Assembly (NCBI GenBank): GCA_001724265.1
Contig: MEDY01000066.1
Location: 62,001 to 126,000, forward strand
Direction: 5' to 3'
From: Rhizaria sp. SCN 62-66
Taxonomy: Eukaryota
DNA length: 64,000 nucleotides
Below the pieces are notes generated by a model that worked only from the letters and a program-made list of their open reading frames with translations, was not told the DNA's origin and did no database searches. The number at the start of each line of letters is the position of its first letter. Position 1 is the stretch's first letter. Below, in pieces: positions 1-11,032 of the stretch. The translations under genes and the position numbers were made by a program.

Positions 1-1046
1 TGTTGTTGTTTGTGTTATTCAACTCACTCCAGTCACTCAGCTCGCAGTCGCTTGAAATCTTTTGAATTTGCTGCTGCTTCTGCTGCTGTTGCTGCTGGTG
101 TTGCTATTTCTGCTGCTTCTTCTGTTGCCTCAGCCGCTGTTTCTGCTCGCGCGCCGCCTTCGCCGCCTTGGCGTTGTCGTCCTGCTGCTGCTGCAGCCGC
201 GCGTCCTCGGCCCAGCGCGCTGAGGCGAGCATGTACCTTGTCAGCGATTCCTCTATCTCGTCGGCGACGTTAGCTGCAGCGGCCGCAGCAATTGCAGTCG
301 GAGCAGTCGCTGTCGAAGGCGTGTCGGGAGAGCCTGCAAGTGCACTGGCTGCGCTGTTGTGAGTGAAGCCGTTTGTGTTGGGAGGAGCCCAGCGGCGCTG
401 TAGCGTTGACAACGACTGCAGCAGTGAGTGGCTGTCGTTATCGTCGTTGTCAGCACTGGTTCTAGCAGTCGCATTATCAACCACAGGTGTGGCAAAAACT
501 GAGACAGGAGCAGTTGCGTTTATAGCACTAGGCGCAGGAGCAACTATGTTGCGACTACTGACGCCAGCGTTTCCATTAACGCTGCTATTGCTGCTACGAA
601 TGTTGGCAGTGACGCTCGCGAGTAGCAAGTCGGTCTTGACGTCCTCCGCAGTGCTGCCGTCCGTGAGCGTGGCCAGCGCGGCGTCTTCCGCGACGACGGA
701 CTCCAGGTAAGACCGCAAGCGCGTCTGCGCCCAGCTCGTGTACTCGTCCATCGGCGCAGCAGGGGTGGTGTCTGCCGTAGCGGCGGGCTCAGCGTCGGAG
801 GTAAATGTGGAGGAGGCTGGCAGCGTGGTCGGATCAGCTATGGGGACCTCGCTGAGCCAACGAACAGGAAAGAAAAAAGACGTGAATAGGGACACAGATA
901 AGCCACAGTCAAAAGAAAACACGCGGATATGAATTAAAATCGATTAACACATAGACGTACGTGTCAACACCTGCGATAGAGCAGATCATAATCTTTGTCG
1001 CGGGACTATTGTCCTTCCAGCGGACGCTCATGGTGCTCGTGTCCAT
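1..1046 (-). CDS. Hypothetical low-complexity protein with a poly-Gln tract; runs off the window edge if TAG 104-106 is read as sense. Exons 1046-961 and 851-<1
   Basis: ATG at 1046. Intron 960-852 (GTACGT...CAG) joins MDTSTMSVRW...GVDT to EVPIADP in frame. After TAG 106-104 the frame stays open for 34 codons (QHQQQQQQKQQQIQK...) to the window edge. A further upstream exon is possible (in-frame acceptor at 1077). Confidence 0.6.
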
Positions 1047-1709
1047 GGTGCTTTCCGGCGAACCGCGCTTGGAGACCTATACGTTTAAGACAGAAACTAT
1101 GATTTAAATATAGTATATAAACGTATTAGTTAAATAACTTTACTCAACCAATTTTCAACTTAACGAACAAACCACATCAAAATAGAACTTATTTGAGAGC
1201 TACTTCTTCTAGCCGTTGGAGCATCAACCGCAGTGGATCGATTGGTCAATTAGTCACCCAATCAGGCATTTGTTGTAACTCAGTGTAATGACCGCCAACA
1301 TTCACGAAATGAAACAAACGTGCACTATAATACCCCAAATCATCATGTAATCATCGTGAATCATGATCTGGCGGACAACTAACTCATCTCGACGCTTATA
1401 CAGTTGGTTTAAAAACTTTGTTTATTTGTTTATTTGTTTATTTCTTATTTTTCTTGTTCTACGCTACATAATAATAGCTTAGTAATATGATCTATGTTAC
1501 ATCCTACATATAAAGTGTTCCCCAGAATAACACCACGCGAGAAAAGAAACCTCTCACTCACATATCCCTCCTTAATCCTGCGGCAAAGCCCTCACCATTA
1601 ATCGCACACCCGACAGATCGATCGCCGCTTTATAAACTACAGCAGCAAAACCTGTTCTCCCCTCGCTTTCCCGCATCGTTAACAGTCACCAGGATCGCGT
1701 CCGAGCGCT

Positions 1710-4700
1710 TTACCAGGCGTGGCCGCCGCGGAAGCCCTGGCGCTGGTCCTGAAGCTTCTCGACGCGCTCGGAGAAAAGCTGGACCTTGTCCACGAACTGC
1801 ATCGCGAGCCGCTGCGCGCGGCTGACCGCGGGCGCAGTCACACGCAGGCACTTGCCCACGGTCGCCGCGGCCGCCGCGGCGGGGTCCTCCCACGCGGCCG
1901 AGAGCAGGCCCGCGTACATGAGCTTGGAGGCGACCGAGACGACGTCGTCCTCGGACATCTCGTACTTGGCCACGAGGTCCGAGAGCGAGATGGTGGTGTA
2001 GGCCGCGCCGTACGTCAGCAGGAACACGCGGAGCGCCTCCTTCTTGATCTTGGCCTAAGGAATATAAAACAAGCAGAGAGAGAACAAAGCATAGAAAAGC
2101 AGAGTGAGATATTGATGTGTGACGCAAGAAACACTCAACATAAGCATGCATTTTACATGTGAGATATCGAAGCGAGAATGAGCCATACCTGGAGGAGCGC
2201 CTTGACCTGCTCGCCCTGGTGGACGAAGGACCAGAGGCGGAGCGAGCACAGCGTGGTGTAGCATCCGCGCCAGTCGCCCTCGAAGAGCGCCTTGGTCGCG
2301 CGCATGATGATGTCGCGCGTGACGTCGGCCGACGTGTTGGCAGTCGACGACGCGGCGAACTTCTGGTACTCGCGGCGGAAAACGCGGGACTGGACGCGGC
2401 GGACCTGGTGCCAGCCGACCTCGGCGATGGTGGGGACCTCGACGAGCATGGCGCTGATCATCGACGTCGCGTCGATCAGGTCCGTCAGCGAGAGGTGCAT
2501 GTGGTAAGGCAGCAGGCGCTGGCGCGCGTCGCGGCTCTCCTCCTCCTTGCCCTCGCGGGAAGCAACACCCTGTGGATAGTGACAAGGCAGAGAAAAGGAA
2601 GCGAAAAAAATGAGGATAATCATTAGTACATAAGATGTGATTGATATGAATAAGAATAGAGAAATATAGAATTTAATACTGATTCTGAATATGCTGAAAT
2701 GATTGATATGATTGTTAGGCGTACCTGGCCGAGGAGCTCCTTGAGCTTGTCCTTGATCTTAGGGGTCTGCTGGAGGTCGGTGAGGGCGTGCACGGCGTGG
2801 GTGTAGAGGCCGCGGCGGAAGGCCGCGAGGCCGAGCTGCACCATCACGCGGTTGTACAGGGCGCGGGTCTGGATGTCGAGGTCGTTGATCACATCCTGCA
2901 GAGAAGGAAACAAGGCACAGGGACGATTGTCCAAGTTGAACGACGCGAGAGTTGGGAGAGCGAAAATGTGAGTTCAAATAAAAACAAAGCCATATGAACG
3001 GAATGAAATTGAAATACAGTAAACAAGCAAATAAAACAAACAAAAATACAATTAAATATAAAAGCACGTACCTGAACGTGGGCCGAGAGCAGGCGCGCGC
3101 GGGCCTCCTCGTAACGGTTGTGGATGAGCCACGAGTAGGTCTGGAACAGCAGCGCGCGCACGCGAGCGCGCATGTCGTCGCTCTTGTACAGCGTGTTGGC
3201 GAGCTCGTCGACGAGCGTGGCCGAGGGCGCGGCGGCGGCCGGGGTCGCGGCCACGGCGGGGGAAAGCACGTCGAGCTCGGTGCGGTAGTAGTAGTACTCG
3301 TACTCAATCCACAGGTGAGCGACGCGGGCCTCAAGGCGCGCCTTGTTGATGCTGCGGTAGTAGTCGCGCACGGCCGCGAAGAGCTTCACCAGCGTAGGCT
3401 GCTCGCGCAGACGGTTGACGTACTCGGGCGACGCGTAGTCGGTGTTCTGCAGCGCGCGGTAGAACTCGTTACTGATCTTGAACACATAGGCGTAGAGGTT
3501 GCCCTCGACGAACGTGTACTTGGTCGTGTCCTCGTCGCCGCCGTTGGCGAGCTGCTGCTCGCGGCGCATCTCCTCCTCGGCGCGCGCGCGGCGCTTGGCG
3601 GCCTCCTCCTCGGCGCGCTGGCGGCGGGCCGCCCAGGCCTCGTCCTCGCCGTTCTCGACGTAGTCGTCGACATCGATATCACTGGCGTTGTCCGCCGTGT
3701 CGAACGAGAAGGCGTCGTGCGAGTCGTCCTCGGCCAGCCGCACCGTGGGGTTCTCCTTGAGCGTCTGGAGGATGCGGCCGACGCAGCGCACGGCCTCGAG
3801 CCAGCCGCGCTGCGACATGAGCGAGTCGCGCTGCGCGACGTGGTCGAACTGCAGCAGCGGCACCAGCGACTGGATGCGCAGCAGCGTCGCCGTGTCAGCG
3901 GCCTTGGGCTCCAGCGCGCGCAGCTCCGCGATCGTGGCCGCGAAGTTCATGCCGCGCTTACCGCGCATCGCCATGATCTCGCGCAGGCTGAACGAGAGCG
4001 AGAGAGGAAATAAATGCAAAGATAAAATGAGATTGATGAGAGATATAAAAACAATATTTTGTGAGAATACCATATGAGAAAGAAGACGCCTACATTCAAT
4101 TGATTTGTCATGGTATGATGTGATACATCTTGTCAATTTTAGCGCGTATTTAGATATTATAACACATACCGCTTGTTCATCATGGCAGGGGTGATCTCGC
4201 CCTCGGTGGCAGCGAGCCCGGTGGCCGAGGCCGCCGCGGCCGCCGCGGAGGCCGCGGAGTAGACGTTGGCGCCGTCGGGGCGGTCCTCGTCGTCGTCATC
4301 GTCGTCGTCGTCGTCGCTGTCGGCGGCGCGACGCTGCTGGCGACGGTCGCGGCGCGTCTCCACCACCTTGGGCGCAGCCTTCTCCTTCTTGAGCCAGAAC
4401 TCGCGCGTGATAGTGCCCGAGCTGAGCAGCTTGAGGTCCACCTCGTCGTCGTCGTCGTCAGACTCCGAGTCAGACACGGGCTTCTTGGCGGCGGCGGCGG
4501 CGGCGGCGGCGGGGCGGGGCGCGGGCTCCTCCTCCTCATCCTCCTCGGAGCTAGTGTCGCCGGAGCCGAACGCGAAGCCAGACACGGCCGGGGAGGGCTT
4601 CTTGGCGCCGGCGGTGGCGGCGGGCTTCTTGGCGGGCGCGACGTCGTCATCGTCGTCCTCCTCCTCCTCCTCCTCCTCGGAGCTGGTGTCACCGGACGCG

Positions 4701-5707
4701 AAGAATCCGCTGGAAGCGGCCTTCTTGGGCGCGGCGGCCGCGGCAGGCTTCTTGGCGGCGGTGGGCGCGGCGGCGGGCGCGGCGGCGGCGGCGGCGGAGG
4801 CCTTGGGTGCGGTGACCTTCATGAGCTCCTCCTCGTCGTCGGGCAGGGGAGACTTGCGGTACTCATCGACCTTCTTGGCGAGGACCTTGATGAGCTTTGC
4901 CACGGCCGCGTTGGTGGCCGTCAGCGCGCGCTGGTCGGCCTGTGCGAGCGTGTCCTTGTAGTCCTTGTCGTTGACAGCCGTGGTGGTGCGCTCGTCGAGC
5001 TCGATCACGCAGCGGAGGTACTTCTTGGGGATGCCGGCCTCCTTGATCACCACGACCGTGGTGGGAGCCTGGAAGAGCTTCTGAAGGGCCGTGTACTGCG
5101 TGGAAACGGTCTGCCAGTCCTTCTTGCGGAGCGCAATGCGGATGCCCTTGGTGGTGATGTCGATGGCGTCAAACACCTTGTCCTTCTTGGACTTGATGGC
5201 CGTCTTGCCGCCATCGGCGTCATCGTCGTCGTCCGACTCAACGGGGCGGCGCACAACGGGCGCCTTGGGCTTGACCTGCTCCACCTCGGACTCGGAGGAG
5301 TAGTCGGACTCGGACTCAGTGGTCGTATCGCCGGTGGCAAAGAACCGGCTCGCTGCGGGGACAGCAAAGGGTGGACGAAGGGCGGGCGCAGGCGAGTTGT
5401 GGCGGGGAGTGCACGAGAGTCGGGAGGATCATATGGCGGGAGTGGATGGGGGGGCAATATACGAGGGGAAGATGAGCGCGTGGTGAAATTAAACGACGTC
5501 ATATGTGTGTAAAAGATTATGTCAAGGTTAGGATAAGAAAGAGAGAGCGAGAAGAGTTAGCGGGGACCGGGCGCGATCAAGACCCGGGTGGGCGGCCGCG
5601 CCTCATCAGGACACCTTGGAGCCGACCACTTGGGCCGGCTATATGCGGGCGTTTCAACGCTGAAAGTGACCAGAGACAAATAAATGCATAGATTGTAACG
5701 TACTCAT
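1710..5707 (-). CDS. EIF3C: Translation initiation factor eIF3 subunit c (NIP1), ~999 aa, 6 exons: 5707-5704, 5352-4170, 3987-3072, 2895-2725, 2569-2189, 2054-1710
   Basis: N-terminus MTSRFFATGD...ESES. Conserved eIF3c segments: LQNTDYASPEYVNRLR, LYNRVMVQLGLAAFRRG, RQRLLPYHMHL, and a PCI-like C-terminal region. All five introns are GT-AG; the spliced length is 3000 nt; the stop is TAA. Confidence 0.93.
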
Positions 5708-6486
5708 CTTATACAGAAAACGAGATCTGTTGCCTTAGGGACAGCACTGCTAAAGACGTGGATTTCTCCTCACCAATAGTGCGACGCAATTCGGGGCTAA
5801 GTGGGGACCGACCGCGCCGCCGCCTGCGACAGCCCGGATTTTTCGGAACCTGGCCTCACAGTCACAGATTATCACTTCGCAAAGCGTATTCTTTCAATGC
5901 TGATCTACAATGTGATATTTTCATATCGGCATAATTTTGAGATATAGTGCCTTTGGTTGCTGTTTAAGTAATTTCTTGATATTTTTATTGTCTTAGGTAG
6001 CCGTTGACGGCAAGATATCTGGTGAAGACGTAGCGGAGTGTGTCTGCATCAGACACAATCTCCAGGGAATATGACATCTTAATAAAGGCGTATACAAAAT
6101 TAAACCGCATTTTGTCGATATTAATCTTTTGTTCAGCTTATATTAGGATTTGAGTACTTTGCGTGAAAATTAAGCTTGTTTAATCGAGTCATTTGTTGCA
6201 TCTTTTGTAAGGAAAGCTGTTTCTCGAAGCCGAACTAGTCAAAGTGCAACAGCAGCGACATCTTTAAAGGTCCATAAGTCGCTCCCGTGATCGTCAAGTT
6301 TTGCCTCGTGCTGCTTGCGGATATTAAGCGTGGCACATCTTTCCGCGTTTTCAATTAAACTTTTCCTATTGCTCATTTCCCTTGATATATCGCTCTTTTC
6401 TTACGTAGACTAACTCACACTTGCCGAGCCGTTACCGACCCGTCAGCCCCTCCTTCCCGCTATCCCGCGAGCCTGTTTCAGACTGC

Positions 6487-9400
6487 ATGGCGACGCTGCC
6501 GAACGTCACCGGCGGCAGTAACCCGTACATCTCCGCCGATTTGACTGACGACGCCGTGTTCGCCCACGCCATCAACACTGCCTCGGTCATGTCTCCCCAG
6601 CAAAGCAACACCGGCGCGAGCGCTGCCTATGGCCCTGCTGCGCCTGCGCCTGTGCCTGCTGGCTCGTACTCTGCGCACCCATATACAGCCACGTCAGCGA
6701 GCCGCGGTAACCCTGTTAGCAACACGAACAAACTCAGCTACGGCGACAGCAGGAGCAGCAGCAGCGCTCGTGTCGGCAATGCTCCTCGCTCCTATGCTGC
6801 CTCTACGGCCAGCAGCGCTGGCGCCGGATCAACTGCGGCAGGCGGCTCCTTTGCGTTCCCGTCCTCGTTTTTGTCGTCGCTGTCGTCCGCCGGCAAGTCA
6901 GTCCTCGCCGCTCACAATCGCTACAACACCAACAATAGCGGCAGCAACTGCAACGGCAACTGCGCAGGTTGGCCGACGCCGGGCGCGATCCCGACCCCGC
7001 TAAACGCGCTCTCGCGGGCTCAGCTGACGCACATGCGCAAGCAGTCGCTGCATCAACACAGCGTGAGCAACGGCACCTCTGCGAACAACAGCAATAACAA
7101 CAACAACTGGCGCTTTCTATCGCCGTCGCTGCCGGCCAACTCCTTCTCCAACAACACCGGCGCCGGCAGCAGCAGCGCTAACAGCGGCTCAATCGCGACT
7201 CCCTTCACGCTGGACACGGCCCGTGTGCCCGCTTTCTCCCTGTCTCCCGTCTCTTTGCGCGCGCCCCTGCGGCCGTGGTTCCTGTTGCTGTCGACCGCGG
7301 CGTGCGCGCAACTGCTGCGTTCGCCCTGGCAGGCGCCGCTGCTCGCCATGCACGTCGCCGCGCGCCGCATCCAGCGCTGTGTGCGGCGCTGGCGCGCGCG
7401 GAGGCTGCTCCACGTGCTCGTGACCCACGTGGCCCAGGAACGCAAGACCGGGTTCCTGCGCCGGAAGCTCCCGCTCGTCGCCGCCACGGAGAACGCGCGC
7501 GAGGCGGCCTACCTTCAGCACAATAACAACAACAACAGCAGCAGTAACAGCAACGCGTACAACGGCGGAAGCTCTGGTGTTGGCGGCCTGGGCGCGAGCG
7601 CGAGCGCGAGTGCCGGTGGCGTGAGCGTCAGTTACGCCAACACGTTTTACCCGCGGCTTATCCCGCCGCCGCTGCTGTACGCAGGACCGCTGCCGCAGGG
7701 GCTGCATTACTACGACCACTTACTGCTCACAATGGCGCTGCAACAACAGCAGCAGCAGCAGCTGTTGCAAGGACTCGGACATGGAGGGAATGTAAGTGCG
7801 TCCAACGTAAGTGGGATGCCTCTGCCAGCGGGGCCGTCGCTGCAGGTCTCGCTCGGCTACTGCAGCAACGGCGACGGCGGCACCGGCGCCAACAGTGGTC
7901 ACTACGTCAGTCCGTTCCAGAAGCAGCAGCAGAAGTTGCAGTTGCAGGCTGATGGCGGGATTGGGGCGACGCGGCAATGTCTCAACAACTGCTACGCCCA
8001 GTCTCTGCAACCGCAGTCGCGGCCGCCATCTCAGGCACCGTCGCAGTCACCGTGTACTGCGGTATCACATTATCACTTCTCCCCTCAAACACTCTGCGGT
8101 AGCAGCAACGCGAACACTGTGACAATCGACACGAGCAACATGTACATCAACAACAACGTCAACAGCGGAAGCACTCAGAATGTAAATGCCTGCGGCGGTG
8201 CGAATGTAAGTGCCTTTGTGTCGTACAGCGGCTACGCCTCGGCCCCCGGCCCGGGCCCCCGCCTCACCCATAGTGCGCTCGCGACTGTACCGCTCACGGT
8301 CACCGCTGCGGCGCGCCACTCGCTCAATATCGGCAACAACAGCAAAGACAATAATCGCAACAACGTTGTCGTCTCCGGCAATGCAAGTGGTAGTTTGTGT
8401 AGCTGCGTTGGCTACTCTGCCACGATGCCCTTTTCTCGCTCCCAGTCACCATCTGCTGCCACCACTAGCGATAGCGACACCGGCACCCTGACTGTGACCC
8501 TGCTGCCGTGCTTCTGCGCCCTGTGCACCGCCGTGGCCCACAGTCACTCGCAGCAGGCGCACCAGTCGCAGCAGGCGCTGCTAGCTGCTCTTGCGCTGCC
8601 TGTGCCGCCCCCGTACATCAACCCCTACAACAACAACACGTACTCAAACGCAAACTTTACCAACAACAGTCGGAGCAATAACCCGCAGCTGCAGCACCAG
8701 AGCAGCGCGTTCAACTTGCAGGCCGCGTCCATCGCGTCGTCGTTTTTTTCAGCTCTGCCGCAGCGCGCGGCGACGCTGCACCACTACGGCGTGGACCTGC
8801 GCGAGACGGACTGCGACTACGCGGCCGTGTTCACCGCCGAGTCAGCGCCGCAGTGGGGCGTGCCCTGGCCGCCCCAGGCCTACCTGCCCCTGTCGCAGTC
8901 GCCGCTCACGAACGCGCTCGATGGCCACGAGCAAAACAGCAACAACAATAGCGATCCTAATATTCCTGACCAAAGCAACAACAACAACAACAACGCAAAC
9001 ACTACTGCTATGAATAACGGAGCAATGGCGACTAAGCGCATTGTTTTGGCGCCCGGCTCACTGTCCCTAACGCGGCTTGACTTCTTCTACGCGCACCCGA
9101 TGTACACGGTCGCCGCCGTCTCTCTGCAGCGCGCGTGGCGAACCGCCCGCGCCCGGCGCAGCGCGCGCCGCGCCCGCCTGCCGCTGCTGCTGGCCGTGCG
9201 CGCGGCGCGCAAGATCCAGCGCGCGTGGCGCGCCTACTGCGACAAGCGCGTGTACCGTTACTTCCGCGATTTGGCGCTCGGCCGGCGGCTGGGTGACACG
9301 CTCGCGCTGCTGCGCGCGCTGAACCCGCGCGAGGCGGGGCTTGTGGACGGGGCCTCGGGCGTCTACGTGCGGTTCCGGCTAGCTGGGTTCCCCCCGCGTC

Positions 9401-10791
9401 TGTACTATAAGCTCTACACGGCGCGGCCAGTGACTGATGTTGGCGCGTTCGCGCCGAGGAACTACGCAGCCATCGCCGCGTCGGGCGCCGCGAGCACCGC
9501 GGGCGCCAACAGCAACAGCTCTACCAACAACGGCAAGACAACTGCTGCTACTGGTGCGAATGCAGTGAGTGTGGCGTCAGATCCGAGTAAAGAGTGGTAC
9601 TTGCGTCAGGACAACAACAACTGGCGCCCCGTGGCGACCCACCACATCGCCACGCACCTGAAGCCCAACTTCCAGTCGATCCTGCTCATGACGGCGTCCG
9701 CGCACTCGGCCGCCGCGGCGCACCACCGGGCGTACTATGCCGGCAAGGCGGGGGAGATTGTTAGCGGCAACGAAGGCAAGGCAATGCGCCAATGGGCTCG
9801 GCCTTCTCACACCACGAATGGCAACGGCAAGAGTACTCGGTTCACGAGCACTGCCGGCTCCTCCGACACGACTGTGGGCACTGCGACCGAGGTGAGCGCG
9901 CTCAAGCCGTACCACCCGGACCGGCTTGTGCGCCAGTGGCAGGCAGTTAAGGCGCGCAAGCGGGCCAAGCTGCGCTGGCTGCAGAAGCTCTTCCTGGGCC
10001 GCGGCGGCGCCACAGGCACCGTTATCGTTCCCGTGAGCAACAACAGCGATGCGAGCACGGGTGTGATCTTGAGTGCTCAGAGCGAGCTTAAGCCTCAGGG
10101 CGGCGCAGGTAGTGTAAGTGGGTATGTCAGCGCTAAAGGTCGCTTCAACGGCGGTGAAATGAGCGCTAACAACGCCAGTGTGTACGATTACGGCGATGAA
10201 GATGAGGACGAAGATGCTGACTTTGAATACGACACAAGCAAGCGTGATCGTGGCGATATTCGCATTGCTCCCGGCCAATTCAACCCATATGAATTCTTCT
10301 CGACGAATCTCATCACAACTGGCAACGCTGACTCCACTAACACCGCTGCCCGCGGTCACGGTCGCTCTGCGGGCGCGAGTGCCCCGGGGCGACTGGTTGT
10401 GACCACGGCGGCCGCCGCGGCGTTCCCTACCCTGGCCGCGCTCCTCAGCAACGCCACCGGCAGCGAGAAAGAAGTATTGACGGCTGCGTTCTGGGCGACG
10501 TTAGACGCGGCGGCACAGAAAGATGCCACTGTGGCGCTCAGCAAGAGGGTGAACGCGGAGAAGGCGCGTCAACAACAGCAGCCGCAGCAACGGGCGCAGC
10601 TGCAGCAGCACTCTGATCTCGACAGCGACCTTCTGGGTGATATGAACGGCGATGGCAACGGCAATGTTGACACTGAAGCCATGCTGTCGTGGGCGCGCGC
10701 GCTTGATTACGATAGCTACAGCAGCGGATGGGGACTTGCGGCCACGACAAGGCCTGCAGAGGAGCCGCAGCCTCAGATGAAGCGTCCGTGA
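6487..10791 (+). CDS. IQ-motif protein with a C11orf65/MFI-like domain, 1434 aa, with long low-complexity extensions
   Basis: IQ motifs (ARRIQRCVRRW, SLQRAWR, RKIQRAWR). LNPREAGLVDGASGVYVRFRLAGFPPRLYYKLYT, WYLRQDNNNWRPV and the C-terminal WARALDYDSYSSGW match my recollection of C11orf65/MFI. Single exon; TGA stop. Confidence 0.8.
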   Translation: MATLPNVTGGSNPYISADLTDDAVFAHAINTASVMSPQQSNTGASAAYGPAAPAPVPAGSYSAHPYTATSASRGNPVSNTNKLSYGDSRSSSSARVGNAPRSYAASTASSAGAGSTAAGGSFAFPSSFLSSLSSAGKSVLAAHNRYNTNNSGSNCNGNCAGWPTPGAIPTPLNALSRAQLTHMRKQSLHQHSVSNGTSANNSNNNNNWRFLSPSLPANSFSNNTGAGSSSANSGSIATPFTLDTARVPAFSLSPVSLRAPLRPWFLLLSTAACAQLLRSPWQAPLLAMHVAARRIQRCVRRWRARRLLHVLVTHVAQERKTGFLRRKLPLVAATENAREAAYLQHNNNNNSSSNSNAYNGGSSGVGGLGASASASAGGVSVSYANTFYPRLIPPPLLYAGPLPQGLHYYDHLLLTMALQQQQQQQLLQGLGHGGNVSASNVSGMPLPAGPSLQVSLGYCSNGDGGTGANSGHYVSPFQKQQQKLQLQADGGIGATRQCLNNCYAQSLQPQSRPPSQAPSQSPCTAVSHYHFSPQTLCGSSNANTVTIDTSNMYINNNVNSGSTQNVNACGGANVSAFVSYSGYASAPGPGPRLTHSALATVPLTVTAAARHSLNIGNNSKDNNRNNVVVSGNASGSLCSCVGYSATMPFSRSQSPSAATTSDSDTGTLTVTLLPCFCALCTAVAHSHSQQAHQSQQALLAALALPVPPPYINPYNNNTYSNANFTNNSRSNNPQLQHQSSAFNLQAASIASSFFSALPQRAATLHHYGVDLRETDCDYAAVFTAESAPQWGVPWPPQAYLPLSQSPLTNALDGHEQNSNNNSDPNIPDQSNNNNNNANTTAMNNGAMATKRIVLAPGSLSLTRLDFFYAHPMYTVAAVSLQRAWRTARARRSARRARLPLLLAVRAARKIQRAWRAYCDKRVYRYFRDLALGRRLGDTLALLRALNPREAGLVDGASGVYVRFRLAGFPPRLYYKLYTARPVTDVGAFAPRNYAAIAASGAASTAGANSNSSTNNGKTTAATGANAVSVASDPSKEWYLRQDNNNWRPVATHHIATHLKPNFQSILLMTASAHSAAAAHHRAYYAGKAGEIVSGNEGKAMRQWARPSHTTNGNGKSTRFTSTAGSSDTTVGTATEVSALKPYHPDRLVRQWQAVKARKRAKLRWLQKLFLGRGGATGTVIVPVSNNSDASTGVILSAQSELKPQGGAGSVSGYVSAKGRFNGGEMSANNASVYDYGDEDEDEDADFEYDTSKRDRGDIRIAPGQFNPYEFFSTNLITTGNADSTNTAARGHGRSAGASAPGRLVVTTAAAAAFPTLAALLSNATGSEKEVLTAAFWATLDAAAQKDATVALSKRVNAEKARQQQQPQQRAQLQQHSDLDSDLLGDMNGDGNGNVDTEAMLSWARALDYDSYSSGWGLAATTRPAEEPQPQMKRP

Positions 10792-11032
10792 GCAAAGTGA
10801 TTGTTAACAACGATCCTTGTTCGTTGTTGTTTTACTTATTACAAGTCTACTTAGTTAAAATGTTAATTGATTAATTATCAACTGTGTGTATATCCTATGT
10901 AATAAAGATCATCTTGATTCATTCACTCATCCTTTGCTACTTCAACACGCAGTCACGCGCTAAGTATAAGGAGCACTAAAACAAGAATACGGGCTATGTA
11001 ACAAAACTGGAAAACAAAATCATCCTACAAAC

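Noticed and set aside
5590-5665. Hammerhead-ribozyme-like or box C-like words (GAAAC ... GTC ... CTGATGAG) on the minus strand of eIF3c intron 1
   Set aside because: Stem III cannot form beyond 2 bp, stems I and II are weak, and no downstream CTGA D box is placed for a C/D snoRNA. Probably chance.
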